In this document: positions 56,065 to 64,000 of the stretch, piece after piece
Layout: each line of letters starts with the position of its first letter
Numbering within the stretch: the stretch's first letter is position 1
Source: a virus
Lineage: Duplodnaviria; Heunggongvirae; Uroviricota; Caudoviricetes
Length of the DNA: 64,000 bases
Virus record (IMG/VR): IMGVR_UViG_3300023174_004816
Location: 1-64,000 of that record
Strand: one strand, 5' to 3'
Made by a program: the position numbers and the translations under genes
The notes under the pieces: generated by a model
Databases searched by the model: none
Told to the model about the DNA's origin: nothing
What the model saw: the letters and a program-made list of their open reading frames with translations, nothing else

Positions 56065-56405
56065 AAGTATTTCAAGAAATTACCAAATGGGAAGTTCCAA
56101 CTCCCAACCATACCTACTTCTGCGACGACTCCAAAAGCAAGATGTATGCTTACATCCGAGTTGGAACCACTGAAGTATTCACTTTTAAAAAACCAATCAG
56201 GATTGATGTTCGTGGGCGCAAGTTTGTGGAAGTGCCAAATTCCTGGGATTTTAAAGTAGAAGACCGTCCCGAAGGACGCACTTGGCAGATTCAAGGTAGC
56301 AAGGGTGATGTTCACACCGTTTCTGAGCTGAATGGTAATCTAACTTGCTCGTGTTCAGGATTCAAATTCCGCGGTAAGTGTAAACACTTAGATTTGGCAA
56401 AATAA
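56061..56405 (+). CDS. SWIM zinc-finger protein
   Basis: CSCSGFKFRGKCKHL is a CxC-xn-CxH SWIM motif. Confidence 0.5.
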   Translation: MKVFQEITKWEVPTPNHTYFCDDSKSKMYAYIRVGTTEVFTFKKPIRIDVRGRKFVEVPNSWDFKVEDRPEGRTWQIQGSKGDVHTVSELNGNLTCSCSGFKFRGKCKHLDLAK

Positions 56406-56429
56406 CATCAAACATCTTTGCCAATTAGC

Positions 56430-56458
56430 TAGACCTTGCCCGCAGAGTTTGCTATACT
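56430..56458 (+). promoter_or_regulatory. weak sigma70-like promoter TAGACC-17-TATACT
   Basis: Only a 4/6 match to the -35 consensus; AAAAGGAAG RBS before ATG 56518. Confidence 0.3.
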
Positions 56459-56517
56459 AGTCCTACGCTGAAGCAATTAAATTGATCGGCGATTTACTTT
56501 AAAAGGAAGATCATAAA

Positions 56518-56790
56518 ATGATTACTCGATTCAACGAAGAAACTAAGACTTACAAACTATTCAACGCTCTCCATTCTGGCGACGTTGTGACTCCTGCTCA
56601 AGCAGAAAAGCGTTTTGGCATTAAGAATATTTCTGCCGAAGTTAGCCGTATCCGTCAAGCTGGTTTTGCTGTATATGCAAACAAGCGTGTGGCTGGTAAC
56701 GGTGTCAAGGTCACTGAGTATGTTCTCGGCAAACCTTCACGCAAGATCGTGGCCGCTGGCTACAAAGCTCTTGCAATGGGCTTGGTCTAA
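56518..56790 (+). CDS. hypothetical small basic protein (possible DNA-binding)
   Basis: 90 aa with a strong RBS. Confidence 0.45.
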   Translation: MITRFNEETKTYKLFNALHSGDVVTPAQAEKRFGIKNISAEVSRIRQAGFAVYANKRVAGNGVKVTEYVLGKPSRKIVAAGYKALAMGLV

Positions 56791-56802
56791 TAGAGTTCGC
56801 TG

Positions 56803-56857
56803 TTCGGCCCAAACCGAACACCTCTGCAAAAAGGCTACTTCGGTGGCCTTTTTCTTT
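56803..56857 (+). terminator. tandem hairpins; the second is a rho-independent terminator with a TTCG tetraloop
   Basis: GTTCGGcccaaaCCGAAC, then AAGGCTACttcgGTGGCCTTTTTCTTT. Confidence 0.6.
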
Positions 56858-56859
56858 GG

Positions 56860-56888
56860 TCGACCAATAAATCCTTTTCCCTTATAAT
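56860..56888 (+). promoter_or_regulatory. promoter TCGACC-17-TATAAT
   Basis: -35 at 56860-56865 and -10 at 56883-56888, ATG at 56895. Confidence 0.45.
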
Positions 56889-56894
56889 ATTTGT

Positions 56895-57359
56895 ATGCTT
56901 AAAAAACTCATGCAACGATTAGGACGCTATCGGGTGATCATGGATCGCCAGGACAACGAACCTTATTTGGAAAGATATTATCTTTTCCTCAAAGATCGGA
57001 AACGGTTTCCGTTCAATGTATTTTTGCATAAATTCTTAAAAGGAGATCCCGACGATGTACATGATCACCCATGGCCGTATTGTACTGTCATACTTGCAGG
57101 GGGCTACTATGAGTGGGTTCCACAGTTTGATGCTCAAGGCCGCAAATCTTGCGAGGTTCGTCACTGGCGTGGGCCCGGACATATCCGGGTGTGCGGTGCT
57201 GACAGTTATCACCGTGTTGAACTCAAGCCGGGTGTAACCGCCTGGACATTGTTCATGCCCGGCCCTCACCGGCGTGAGTGGGGATTCTTGTATAACAATA
57301 CCTGGATCCCTCACAATGAATATTTCCAACTTCGTCAACTACTTAAATCCAAGGAGTAA
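56895..57359 (+). CDS. hypothetical protein
   Basis: 154 aa; His/Cys-rich (HDHPWPYC). Confidence 0.45.
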   Translation: MLKKLMQRLGRYRVIMDRQDNEPYLERYYLFLKDRKRFPFNVFLHKFLKGDPDDVHDHPWPYCTVILAGGYYEWVPQFDAQGRKSCEVRHWRGPGHIRVCGADSYHRVELKPGVTAWTLFMPGPHRREWGFLYNNTWIPHNEYFQLRQLLKSKE

Positions 57360-57361
57360 CC

Positions 57362-57904
57362 ATGCCCAATTGGTGTTCAAATACATTGACTCTCAGCCAC
57401 GAAGATCCTGCTGAAATTACTCGTGCCGCAGATGCGTTCCGTCGAGGTGAACTGCTCAATGAGTTTGTGCCGTTGCCCTCTGTAGAAAAAGACAACTGGT
57501 ATGATTGGCATGTCAACAACTGGGGCACCAAGTGGGACGTGGGCGGTGACAACTACAATGTTGACATCAGCAATGATGGACGTAGTATGACCGTGAGCTT
57601 TGAAAGTGCCTGGGCTCCGCCTGTGGCCTGGTATGAGAATGTGCAGGAACAGGGATTTGTAGTTGATGCTTACTACTACGAGTCTGGAATGTGCTTTGCA
57701 GGTAAGTACGACGAAGGCGGTGATGACTGCTACGAATTTTCAAACATGAGCAGTGATGACGTTCGAGACATGTTGCCCGAGGACTTGGATGATATGTTTG
57801 GTATTTCGGAATGCATGGCTGAATACGAAGATGAAGAACCACTCACAGAGTGGTACGTGGCCGGCGCAAAAGAGAAAGGCTTGATCAAAGATGGAAATGA
57901 TTGA
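57362..57904 (+). CDS. hypothetical acidic protein
   Basis: 180-aa ORF. Confidence 0.45.
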   Translation: MPNWCSNTLTLSHEDPAEITRAADAFRRGELLNEFVPLPSVEKDNWYDWHVNNWGTKWDVGGDNYNVDISNDGRSMTVSFESAWAPPVAWYENVQEQGFVVDAYYYESGMCFAGKYDEGGDDCYEFSNMSSDDVRDMLPEDLDDMFGISECMAEYEDEEPLTEWYVAGAKEKGLIKDGND

Positions 57905-58259
57905 TATTGTGTTGTGGATCATAGTAGGCATTGCCATTGGAATTTGTGCGTTTTATCTTGCTCTCAAATTGACCATCAACGCATTGATGCGTAGATTGGT
58001 TCGAGATATCGAAAGCCTGCAAGCCGAGCTTGGTGAAGATGAACAAGCAATTCTGGCAAGAATAGAGTTGCACAACAATGTTTTTTTCGTGTATAATAAT
58101 GAAACAAACGAGTTCATGGCACAAGGTAACGATCTTACCGAGCTTCGTGAACGCATCCGGGCTCGTTGGAGCCAATACAAAGTCAGCGTGGTTGCTGGTG
58201 ATGACCACGCCTTAGACCTATTGAAAGCACAACTAAATGAAAGTAGCAGTAGCAAGTGA
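57891..58259 (+). CDS. membrane-anchored coiled-coil protein
   Basis: N-terminal TM segment IVLWIIVGIAIGICAFYLAL. Confidence 0.4.
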   Translation: MEMIDIVLWIIVGIAIGICAFYLALKLTINALMRRLVRDIESLQAELGEDEQAILARIELHNNVFFVYNNETNEFMAQGNDLTELRERIRARWSQYKVSVVAGDDHALDLLKAQLNESSSSK

Positions 58260-59118
58260 TATCCATCTTGAATTTGGTGATTGTGACATCCCAAACACAG
58301 AAGCCGCTGATGTCTTAATTCTATCTGGTGACATCTGTGTGGCTCATGACATTGGCCGCCCAGACCCGCATGGGTTTATGGAAGGTGCTCGTAGCAATCG
58401 CATTGTGGATTTCTTCAAGCGTTGCAGTTCGCAGTTCCCACATGTGATTTTTATCATGGGCAATCATGAACACTATCACGGTGACTTTGCCAAGACCTAT
58501 GCCAAGCTCAAAAACATGTTGGCCGATAACCATCTCCACAATGTGTACATCTTGGAAAAAGAGTGCAAGGAGATCGACGGTTGGCTGTTCGTTGGTGGCA
58601 CCTTGTGGACAGATTTCAATGGTGCGGATCAGCAGACCATGCAACATGCCTCTTGGGGTATGAATGACTACAACGGAATCAAGAACAGTGACAGTGGCCA
58701 TGCTCATGGTATCTGGAAGTTGATCCCTGAAGCTACATTAAAAGATCATTACAAGATGAAGGATTATATCCTGACCGTGCTGGCCAATCGCCGAGCACAA
58801 CAGCAGTATGATCGACGTGTGGTTGTGGTAGGGCATCATGCACCCAGTAGATTGTCTACACATCCCAAGTATCAACATGATACCTTGATGAATGGTTGCT
58901 ACTCAACTCCCCTGGATCAGCTCATTATGGATCACCCAGAGATTGTGCTGTGGACACACGGTCACACACATGAAGACTTTGATTACATGATTAAATCAAC
59001 CCGTGTGGTATGTAACCCACGTGGCTATATTGGATACGAAGCAAAGGCAGACCAATGGCAAGCAAAATACATAGATTTGGACAGTATGTCCGCTACAGCG
59101 GTGTCAGCATTATCCTAG
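58237..59118 (+). CDS. calcineurin-like metallophosphoesterase (paralogue of 22470-23261)
   Basis: SDIHLE, SGDICVAHD, GNHEHY, GHHAP and HGHTHED motifs. Confidence 0.7.
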   Translation: MKVAVASDIHLEFGDCDIPNTEAADVLILSGDICVAHDIGRPDPHGFMEGARSNRIVDFFKRCSSQFPHVIFIMGNHEHYHGDFAKTYAKLKNMLADNHLHNVYILEKECKEIDGWLFVGGTLWTDFNGADQQTMQHASWGMNDYNGIKNSDSGHAHGIWKLIPEATLKDHYKMKDYILTVLANRRAQQQYDRRVVVVGHHAPSRLSTHPKYQHDTLMNGCYSTPLDQLIMDHPEIVLWTHGHTHEDFDYMIKSTRVVCNPRGYIGYEAKADQWQAKYIDLDSMSATAVSALS

Positions 59119-59263
59119 CATTAAATCCACTGTGGTGGAAGGTGTTACCTTGGGCCAGGAACGAAACCACGGCAGAATGGGGTGCCGCAGAACGCACCTA
59201 TGCTTTTGGCTTTCTAGGTCTAACAGTACGAATTTGGATCGATTCGGGAGATTGGTAACAGAT

Positions 59264-59292
59264 TGACAAGAAATACAAGAAAGTTTTATAAT
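59264..59292 (+). promoter_or_regulatory. promoter TTGACA-17-TATAAT
   Basis: -35 at 59264-59269 and -10 at 59287-59292, ATG at 59298. Confidence 0.55.
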
Positions 59293-59297
59293 ACTGT

Positions 59298-59510
59298 ATG
59301 AATGAATATATCAAGCAAATGATGAAACAGGCTGGCACTGATGTCAGCGGCAAATGGATGAGCGTAGACCATGCTGAAAAGTTTGCTCAGTTGATTGTTC
59401 AAGTATGTGCCGCTATTGCTGATAAAGAAAAACCCAGTTACCTTGGCTGTGGATACATTACCAAGACCAAAGGTACACTGATCAAAGAACATTTTGGAGT
59501 CAATGAATGA
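59298..59510 (+). CDS. hypothetical protein
   Basis: 70-aa ORF. Confidence 0.4.
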   Translation: MNEYIKQMMKQAGTDVSGKWMSVDHAEKFAQLIVQVCAAIADKEKPSYLGCGYITKTKGTLIKEHFGVNE

Positions 59511-59731
59511 ACACAAGTAAACCTGCTCTAGGTCAACGTGGCTTGTTAATTCGTGGTATGGATGGACAAATATGGTTCCGCCAGTACGATAGCAATCACG
59601 ATTTTGTTGACTATGATATTTTGCATTACGATTGTGAAATTGAAATTGTTGATTCAAGTGCTGAGTTAGTACAAACCGAGCGCGGTGACTTCTTAGACTA
59701 TACCAAAGAATCTATGGAGATTGCAAAATGA
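59507..59731 (+). CDS. hypothetical protein
   Basis: ATGA overlap. Confidence 0.4.
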   Translation: MNTSKPALGQRGLLIRGMDGQIWFRQYDSNHDFVDYDILHYDCEIEIVDSSAELVQTERGDFLDYTKESMEIAK

Positions 59732-60390
59732 AAGTTTACATGTCTTGCTATCGAGATCATTGGATCTCGCCCTACACCATTCTAGACTACATGTTCTTTT
59801 GGACTGAATGGTCTAAGTGCAGTCGCAGTAAACGTATCTTCAGCATGGAAGAAGAAAAGAACTTTGTAGAGCCACCAGCATGGGTTGAGACATGGAGTGA
59901 TCGACTGGTGCCCATTAGCAATGCCATCAAGTGGGTATTGGATTTTGTGCATCCAGAAGTAAACTATGTCAAGATTGATCGTTGGGATTCGTGGTCAATG
60001 GATCATACCTTGAGTCCTATTATTCTTCCAATGTTGAAACAACTGCAAGCAACCAAACATGGTGCTCCGTTTGTGGATGACGAAGACGTGCCCGAACATC
60101 TACGTAGCACAGCCGCAGAACTCAAAGAAAACGAGTGGGACACTGATAGCAATCACTTCCTGCGCTGGGATTGGGCTCTGGCAGAAATGATCTGGGCCTT
60201 TGAACAGAAAGTTCAGGATGACTCCGAATCACAGTTCTTTGATCATTCTGAATGTGATGATTCTAAACCATGGGATCCCGAAAGCTACAAAAAAGTCAAG
60301 TATGACAAAGAAGGTCACACTGTGTGGCAAGCTCGCAAGGCCAATGGCTTCCGATTGTTTGGCAAATACTATGAGGCATTATGGGACTAG
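59728..60390 (+). CDS. hypothetical protein
   Basis: 220 aa, Trp/Asp-rich. Confidence 0.45.
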   Translation: MKVYMSCYRDHWISPYTILDYMFFWTEWSKCSRSKRIFSMEEEKNFVEPPAWVETWSDRLVPISNAIKWVLDFVHPEVNYVKIDRWDSWSMDHTLSPIILPMLKQLQATKHGAPFVDDEDVPEHLRSTAAELKENEWDTDSNHFLRWDWALAEMIWAFEQKVQDDSESQFFDHSECDDSKPWDPESYKKVKYDKEGHTVWQARKANGFRLFGKYYEALWD

Positions 60391-61094
60391 CATTGAAAAA
60401 TACAACAGTAAATATCAAAGAACTATTTGAAGGCTGGGAAAACGATCTTGTACGCAAAGGCAAATCTGCACAGGAAGTGACCTTTGCTGACGACCCTATT
60501 GCACTGAGTTGGGCCAGCTATCATGTATGGACTAAATTTCCTGCACGTCGTTGGGTCAATCTCAACGAAGTTGAAGCTCACGAGCACGATAGAACCATTG
60601 CCGCAGAAACACGTCGTTACTATCGTGACAAGTTGATGTTGCAAACTTTGAAAGGTCGTCCTCTCAGTGACTTCCAAACAGTGCTGTATGGCATGGTCAC
60701 TGGTGAAGCACCCATCATGAGTGACCAGATAGGCATGCTGATGAAGTTACCATACTTCTACACAGAGGATGCCTACTTGGCTGATGTGTTTAGACAAACC
60801 AAGCCAGTGGAAACGCATGAAAGACTAATACAATCCAAAGAAGATACTGTGATACCTTTGAGAATGGTTTTTTCCAGCAGAAAAAATCAAGAAACCTATC
60901 AGTATTGGTTTACTAACAGTCAAGGCCAAGCCATAGTATGGGCAGTTAGTTCTCAAAACACTTTGCGTAGTCTAGTTGACAGCTTGTTTAACAGACAACA
61001 ACCATTGAAGATCCGAGCTCACTGGCACTATAAAAAACATCTCTCCACAGATCGCACACACTGGATGCTGGGCAATGTGGAGTTGCTCTCATGA
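60381..61094 (+). CDS. hypothetical protein
   Basis: 237-aa ORF. Confidence 0.45.
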   Translation: MGLALKNTTVNIKELFEGWENDLVRKGKSAQEVTFADDPIALSWASYHVWTKFPARRWVNLNEVEAHEHDRTIAAETRRYYRDKLMLQTLKGRPLSDFQTVLYGMVTGEAPIMSDQIGMLMKLPYFYTEDAYLADVFRQTKPVETHERLIQSKEDTVIPLRMVFSSRKNQETYQYWFTNSQGQAIVWAVSSQNTLRSLVDSLFNRQQPLKIRAHWHYKKHLSTDRTHWMLGNVELLS

Positions 61095-61327
61095 GCATGA
61101 CACATTTGGTACAGGAACTTATGTTGGCACAGCACGGTAGAACAGCAAAGGAAGAACTCACACAAGAGAGCTATGATCGTTGGTGTCATGAATACATATT
61201 CGATGCCATCAAAGATCAGCGGTTTGGTCAGGCCTTTTGCAATCACTTTGGTATCACAGACAATCATGTGTTCTACGAGCGAGATGTGGAAAAATGCAAG
61301 GCTATGATTCGTAAACAGTATCTATGA
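61091..61327 (+). CDS. hypothetical protein
   Basis: ATGA overlap. Confidence 0.4.
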   Translation: MSMTHLVQELMLAQHGRTAKEELTQESYDRWCHEYIFDAIKDQRFGQAFCNHFGITDNHVFYERDVEKCKAMIRKQYL

Positions 61328-61521
61328 AATGGCTGGTACGATTCAATCAACAACAACCACACTGCTGTCCTCCGGGAAAATATTGGATAACCCGTACTGC
61401 TGTGGTAGATAGTGACAGTGCCGAACAGGCCGCAGAAGAAGTATTAACTGCCTGGCGATACAATCACAAGATTGAAATTAAAAGTGTAGAGGAATACAAC
61501 AATGACAAACAAGGACAATGA
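61324..61521 (+). CDS. hypothetical protein
   Basis: 65-aa ORF. Confidence 0.35.
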   Translation: MKWLVRFNQQQPHCCPPGKYWITRTAVVDSDSAEQAAEEVLTAWRYNHKIEIKSVEEYNNDKQGQ

Positions 61522-61677
61522 AATGATTTGCACAGGTGCAGTGCCTCCCCAATTGATCATGGGCATGGAAATGTATCAGACCTATATGAAAGGTATGATG
61601 AATTATTGGCAACTATATGCCACTCTTACAACTCTGGATTATTGGACCATGTATCTAAACCAGTTCCGGGTGAACGA

Positions 61678-62136
61678 ATGAAACTTTACTTTGCTTATGG
61701 TGCCAATCTAAGCCGAGAAGGCATGGCATACCGCTGTCCAGATGCAGTACCATATCAGAAATTTACCTTGCGAGGATGGCGACTGGACTTTGCACACCAT
61801 GCCACTATTGTTCCGCATCCGGGTCGTAGTGTGGAAGGTGCGCTGTGGAAAATTACCGAAGACTGTGAACGCAGTCTTGATCAGTTTGAAGGTTATCCGA
61901 GTTACTACAGTAAACGCATTCTAGCACAAGATGGTAGAGAGTTCATGGTCTACATCATGAATCCTCCGCTGACTGGAAATCCTGGAACAGGTTATTTGGG
62001 TATCATTGAGCAAGGCTATCGAGATTGGAATTTGGATTTTGACTGTTTGGATCAAGCTGTTGACCAATTAAACATAAACCCGTATAATACACTATATGCT
62101 GAAACGTCGGCAACCAATATTGAAACCACCTATTGA
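61678..62136 (+). CDS. gamma-glutamylcyclotransferase (AIG2/GGCT-like) family protein
   Basis: KLYFAYGANLSREGM (YGSNL-type motif) and later EGALWKI...LDQFEGYP; the ORF track starts at 61528, but the conserved domain begins at ATG 61678. Confidence 0.55.
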   Translation: MKLYFAYGANLSREGMAYRCPDAVPYQKFTLRGWRLDFAHHATIVPHPGRSVEGALWKITEDCERSLDQFEGYPSYYSKRILAQDGREFMVYIMNPPLTGNPGTGYLGIIEQGYRDWNLDFDCLDQAVDQLNINPYNTLYAETSATNIETTY

Positions 62137-62347
62137 CGTTAGGAGTCGGGATAGTTTTGTCCATGCTCAGGAAATTGTCAAACCTTTTGGTGAGATTGAG
62201 CGTGTGTTGGATTGGTGCAAAAGCGAGGTCACCCATGACTGGCGCTGGCAGTTGGTAGATGTGAGTTCTGATATACGGCCAGGTAGGTATATCTTTTATT
62301 TTGACAGCGAACGAGATTACCTGGCGTTCACTATGAAATGGAGTTGA
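62096..62347 (+). CDS. hypothetical protein
   Basis: 83-aa ORF overlapping the previous gene end. Confidence 0.3.
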   Translation: MLKRRQPILKPPIDVRSRDSFVHAQEIVKPFGEIERVLDWCKSEVTHDWRWQLVDVSSDIRPGRYIFYFDSERDYLAFTMKWS

Positions 62348-62348
62348 T

Positions 62349-62606
62349 ATGAATATTCGAGGTTATTTGCGTTGGCAGTTTGAAGGCAGTTTAAGCAGTC
62401 CTAGTTTCTATGGTTTTGTATTGAACCTTGCAGGGTTGGTGGCATTACTTACAGGATGTCCCATGCCTTGGCCTGCTGTGATGAGCATGGCAGGATTGGT
62501 ATTGATCATTGGCGATGCTGTTCGCTCTTGGTTCCGATTCAGTTACAGCATCTATGAGATGCAACAAAAACAACTCATGCGAGAGCTGGAAAGAAAAGAA
62601 CAATGA
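62349..62606 (+). CDS. small membrane protein
   Basis: 2 TM helices. Confidence 0.4.
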   Translation: MNIRGYLRWQFEGSLSSPSFYGFVLNLAGLVALLTGCPMPWPAVMSMAGLVLIIGDAVRSWFRFSYSIYEMQQKQLMRELERKEQ

Positions 62607-62752
62607 AGAACTGGCTCACTGCGATAGTGGTTGCAATCATTGTGGCTAATATTTTTCTGTATTGGAATACCACAGCCGTGTTTGGCTGGGTAGTGGCCTT
62701 GGCTGGATGGGTACCACACTTATTTGAAAACAAAGGATCTAACAATGGCAAC
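62603..62752 (+). CDS. small membrane protein (49 aa)
   Basis: ATGA-coupled; hydrophobic; under 60 aa. Confidence 0.25.
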
Positions 62753-63800
62753 TAAAAAAGAAAAAGAAGAACTAATTGCAACTTTGAAGTTTACACCCAG
62801 GACCTATCGAGTAGAACTTGGTGCCTATGGTGGCGAAGTGTATGCGGGTCGTGTGGATCGCAAAATCTACGACTACTTTAAATCACGATCAATTGACCTA
62901 GATGAATATGCATCAGACTGGGACAATGAACTTGATATTCCTGAAGATATGCAACCATTTCCGCCAGGCAGCCCCTATGAATGTGATGGGTTAGTACATG
63001 CGTCGGGTGCCACCATGGACGACGGCAACTACATCACTGTTTACGATGAAAACGGCAATGAAATTTGGCAACACAGTTTGGATCTCAATGCCCTTGATGA
63101 TTCAGAGATTCCGGTCAATGAATGGGAAGTATTCACAATGAGTGATCTCAAAGATGGCGAAGTAGCATACTGGGGCGGCCAAGGTGAAAAGGGTTTGCTG
63201 TATGGCGGTGAGTTTGAGCTCAAACAACCGTTTGATCCTAAAAAACTGATGTTGAATTTTACCAATGCTGATGGATGGTATATCTGCAACGGAGTTGAGT
63301 ACGATGGTGAGTCCATTGACAATGATGATATGAGTACCACAGGCAAGTGGGGCGAGAACAAATGGATCTTTGGCGGCAATGAAGAAGCATACGATCCCTC
63401 AGATGCTGTTGAACCAGGCGAAGAAAATGGTGGTGCTGGATGGCCGGCCAGTTACTATCCCGAAGAAACAGAAGAAGTAGAATTCAAGTTCAAAAAACAC
63501 AAACCTGCGTATGCAGGGTGGTACACTGTGAACTGGGGCTATGGTAGCACCTATGGCAAGCTCTACTGGAACGGCACAGTGTTTGTGGACTTTGAATACA
63601 ACAAAGAACAGAGCATTGATCAAAAAGGCATCGTGACCTGGAAAGGTCTCAACTGGGATACTTCGGACTGGGCCAACTGCCCACAGACCCAGGAAGTAGA
63701 AGAAGAATGGGATCCGGCGGTCGAACTTGACAAGATTGCTTTGCCTGCAGAAATTAAAACAGGCGAAACAGTGGCAACCAAAAAACAATGGCCCTTCTAA
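62745..63800 (+). CDS. hypothetical acidic protein
   Basis: AAAGGATCTAACA-ATG; the ORF track starts at alternative TTG 62724. Confidence 0.5.
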   Translation: MATKKEKEELIATLKFTPRTYRVELGAYGGEVYAGRVDRKIYDYFKSRSIDLDEYASDWDNELDIPEDMQPFPPGSPYECDGLVHASGATMDDGNYITVYDENGNEIWQHSLDLNALDDSEIPVNEWEVFTMSDLKDGEVAYWGGQGEKGLLYGGEFELKQPFDPKKLMLNFTNADGWYICNGVEYDGESIDNDDMSTTGKWGENKWIFGGNEEAYDPSDAVEPGEENGGAGWPASYYPEETEEVEFKFKKHKPAYAGWYTVNWGYGSTYGKLYWNGTVFVDFEYNKEQSIDQKGIVTWKGLNWDTSDWANCPQTQEVEEEWDPAVELDKIALPAEIKTGETVATKKQWPF

Positions 63801-63884
63801 GTTAGTGCCCACTAATCTGGGCGGTTGACCAAAATACCCTTTTCTGTTATAATAGTTCTATTATCAACAATCAAGGGTATTTTT
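63798..63884 (+). promoter_or_regulatory. palindrome (TTAGTgcccACTAA) plus promoter GGCGGTTGACC-17-TATAAT (repeated cassette, copy 3)
   Basis: TTGACC at 63825-63830 and TATAAT at 63848-63853. Confidence 0.6.
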
Positions 63885-64000
63885 ATGACCTCACATTTCA
63901 AAGTCAATCCTTTTGCACCCATGCCTAAAAATCATCAAACACCATTGGTGTCTACGGGCAATATCTACGAACCTTTGGTGCAACGTGCCATGAACATCGC
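63885..64000 (+). CDS. hypothetical protein (5' fragment, runs off the window)
   Basis: ATG 63885 downstream of the promoter cassette. Confidence 0.35.
   Translation, partial: MTSHFKVNPFAPMPKNHQTPLVSTGNIYEPLVQRAMNI

Noticed and set aside
59119-59263. Possible tRNA or small RNA in the 180-bp gap after the phosphoesterase gene
   Set aside because: No cloverleaf, and no T-loop GTTCRANYC consensus. The region resolves into a TTGACA-17-TATAAT promoter for the next gene. The 67-aa ORF 59055-59258 overlaps the upstream gene end and has no RBS.

Overview
This 64 kb window is gene-dense and almost entirely + stranded, with frequent ATGA/GTGA start-stop overlaps, many small orphan ORFs, and repeated sigma70-like promoters of the form (G)GTTGAC(A/C)-N17/18-TATAAT. 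It most plausibly belongs to a large dsDNA phage, or a phage-derived element, of a Gram-negative host; no capsid or terminase lies in the window, so the genome extends beyond it. I cannot run searches, so all family assignments rest on motifs read directly from the ORF translations.

Recognisable content, by position:
- 1494-2196: Fe-S assembly scaffold IscU/IscA.
- 2117-2902: PD-(D/E)XK nuclease.
- 2923-4782: pectate-lyase-fold tailspike.
- 5224-8679: class Ia ribonucleotide reductase NrdA/NrdB.
- 8680-9891: isocitrate lyase (AceA), followed by a class II aldolase-like protein.
- 10558-10827: glutaredoxin.
- 11324-13855: PAAR spike-tip protein plus a 744-aa downstream protein.
- 14396-15769: ATP-dependent DNA ligase.
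- 19931-22473: a proteostasis island of ClpX, ribosomal protein S21, an IbpA-like Hsp20 and ClpS.
- 24320-28851: a curli-like module of CsgF, CsgG (with an SH3-like tail), two curlin-repeat proteins and a FecR-like secreted protein.
- 28950-29639 (-): a TerC-family gene, preceded by what looks like a yybP-ykoY Mn riboswitch.
- 29815-32550: a CHASE2-sensor class III nucleotide cyclase coupled to a GATase1-like protein.
- 32547-35130 (-): an operon of two SAM methyltransferases and small paralogous single-TM proteins.
- 35340-36265: a membrane-anchored SleB-type cell-wall hydrolase with a holin-like partner.
- 36258-40196: an enzyme cluster of a GT-B-like protein, a UDP-sugar dehydrogenase-like protein, a cupin-like protein and a StrB1-like amidinotransferase.
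- 42049-43074: UV-damage endonuclease UvdE.
- 43338-43565 (-): a Lys/Ala/Pro-rich histone H1-like protein.
- 43897-47248: a PP-loop ATPase, a second amidinotransferase-fold protein and a fatty-acid desaturase.
- 47762-47884: an entericidin-like lipoprotein.
- 49752-53851: two ClpP paralogues flanking an unknown 525-aa minus-strand gene, then a radical SAM enzyme.
- 22470-23261 (-) and 58237-59118: two paralogous metallophosphoesterases.
- 56061-56405: a SWIM zinc finger.
- 61678-62136: a GGCT/AIG2-like protein.

The most interesting observations are the curli-like secretion and amyloid module in a phage context, the Mn-riboswitch/TerC pair beside the CHASE2 cyclase, two amidinotransferase-containing enzyme clusters that may build a modified sugar or nucleobase, a complete phage-borne Clp machinery with a ROSE-like RNA thermometer in front of hsp20, and a recurring palindrome-plus-promoter cassette.
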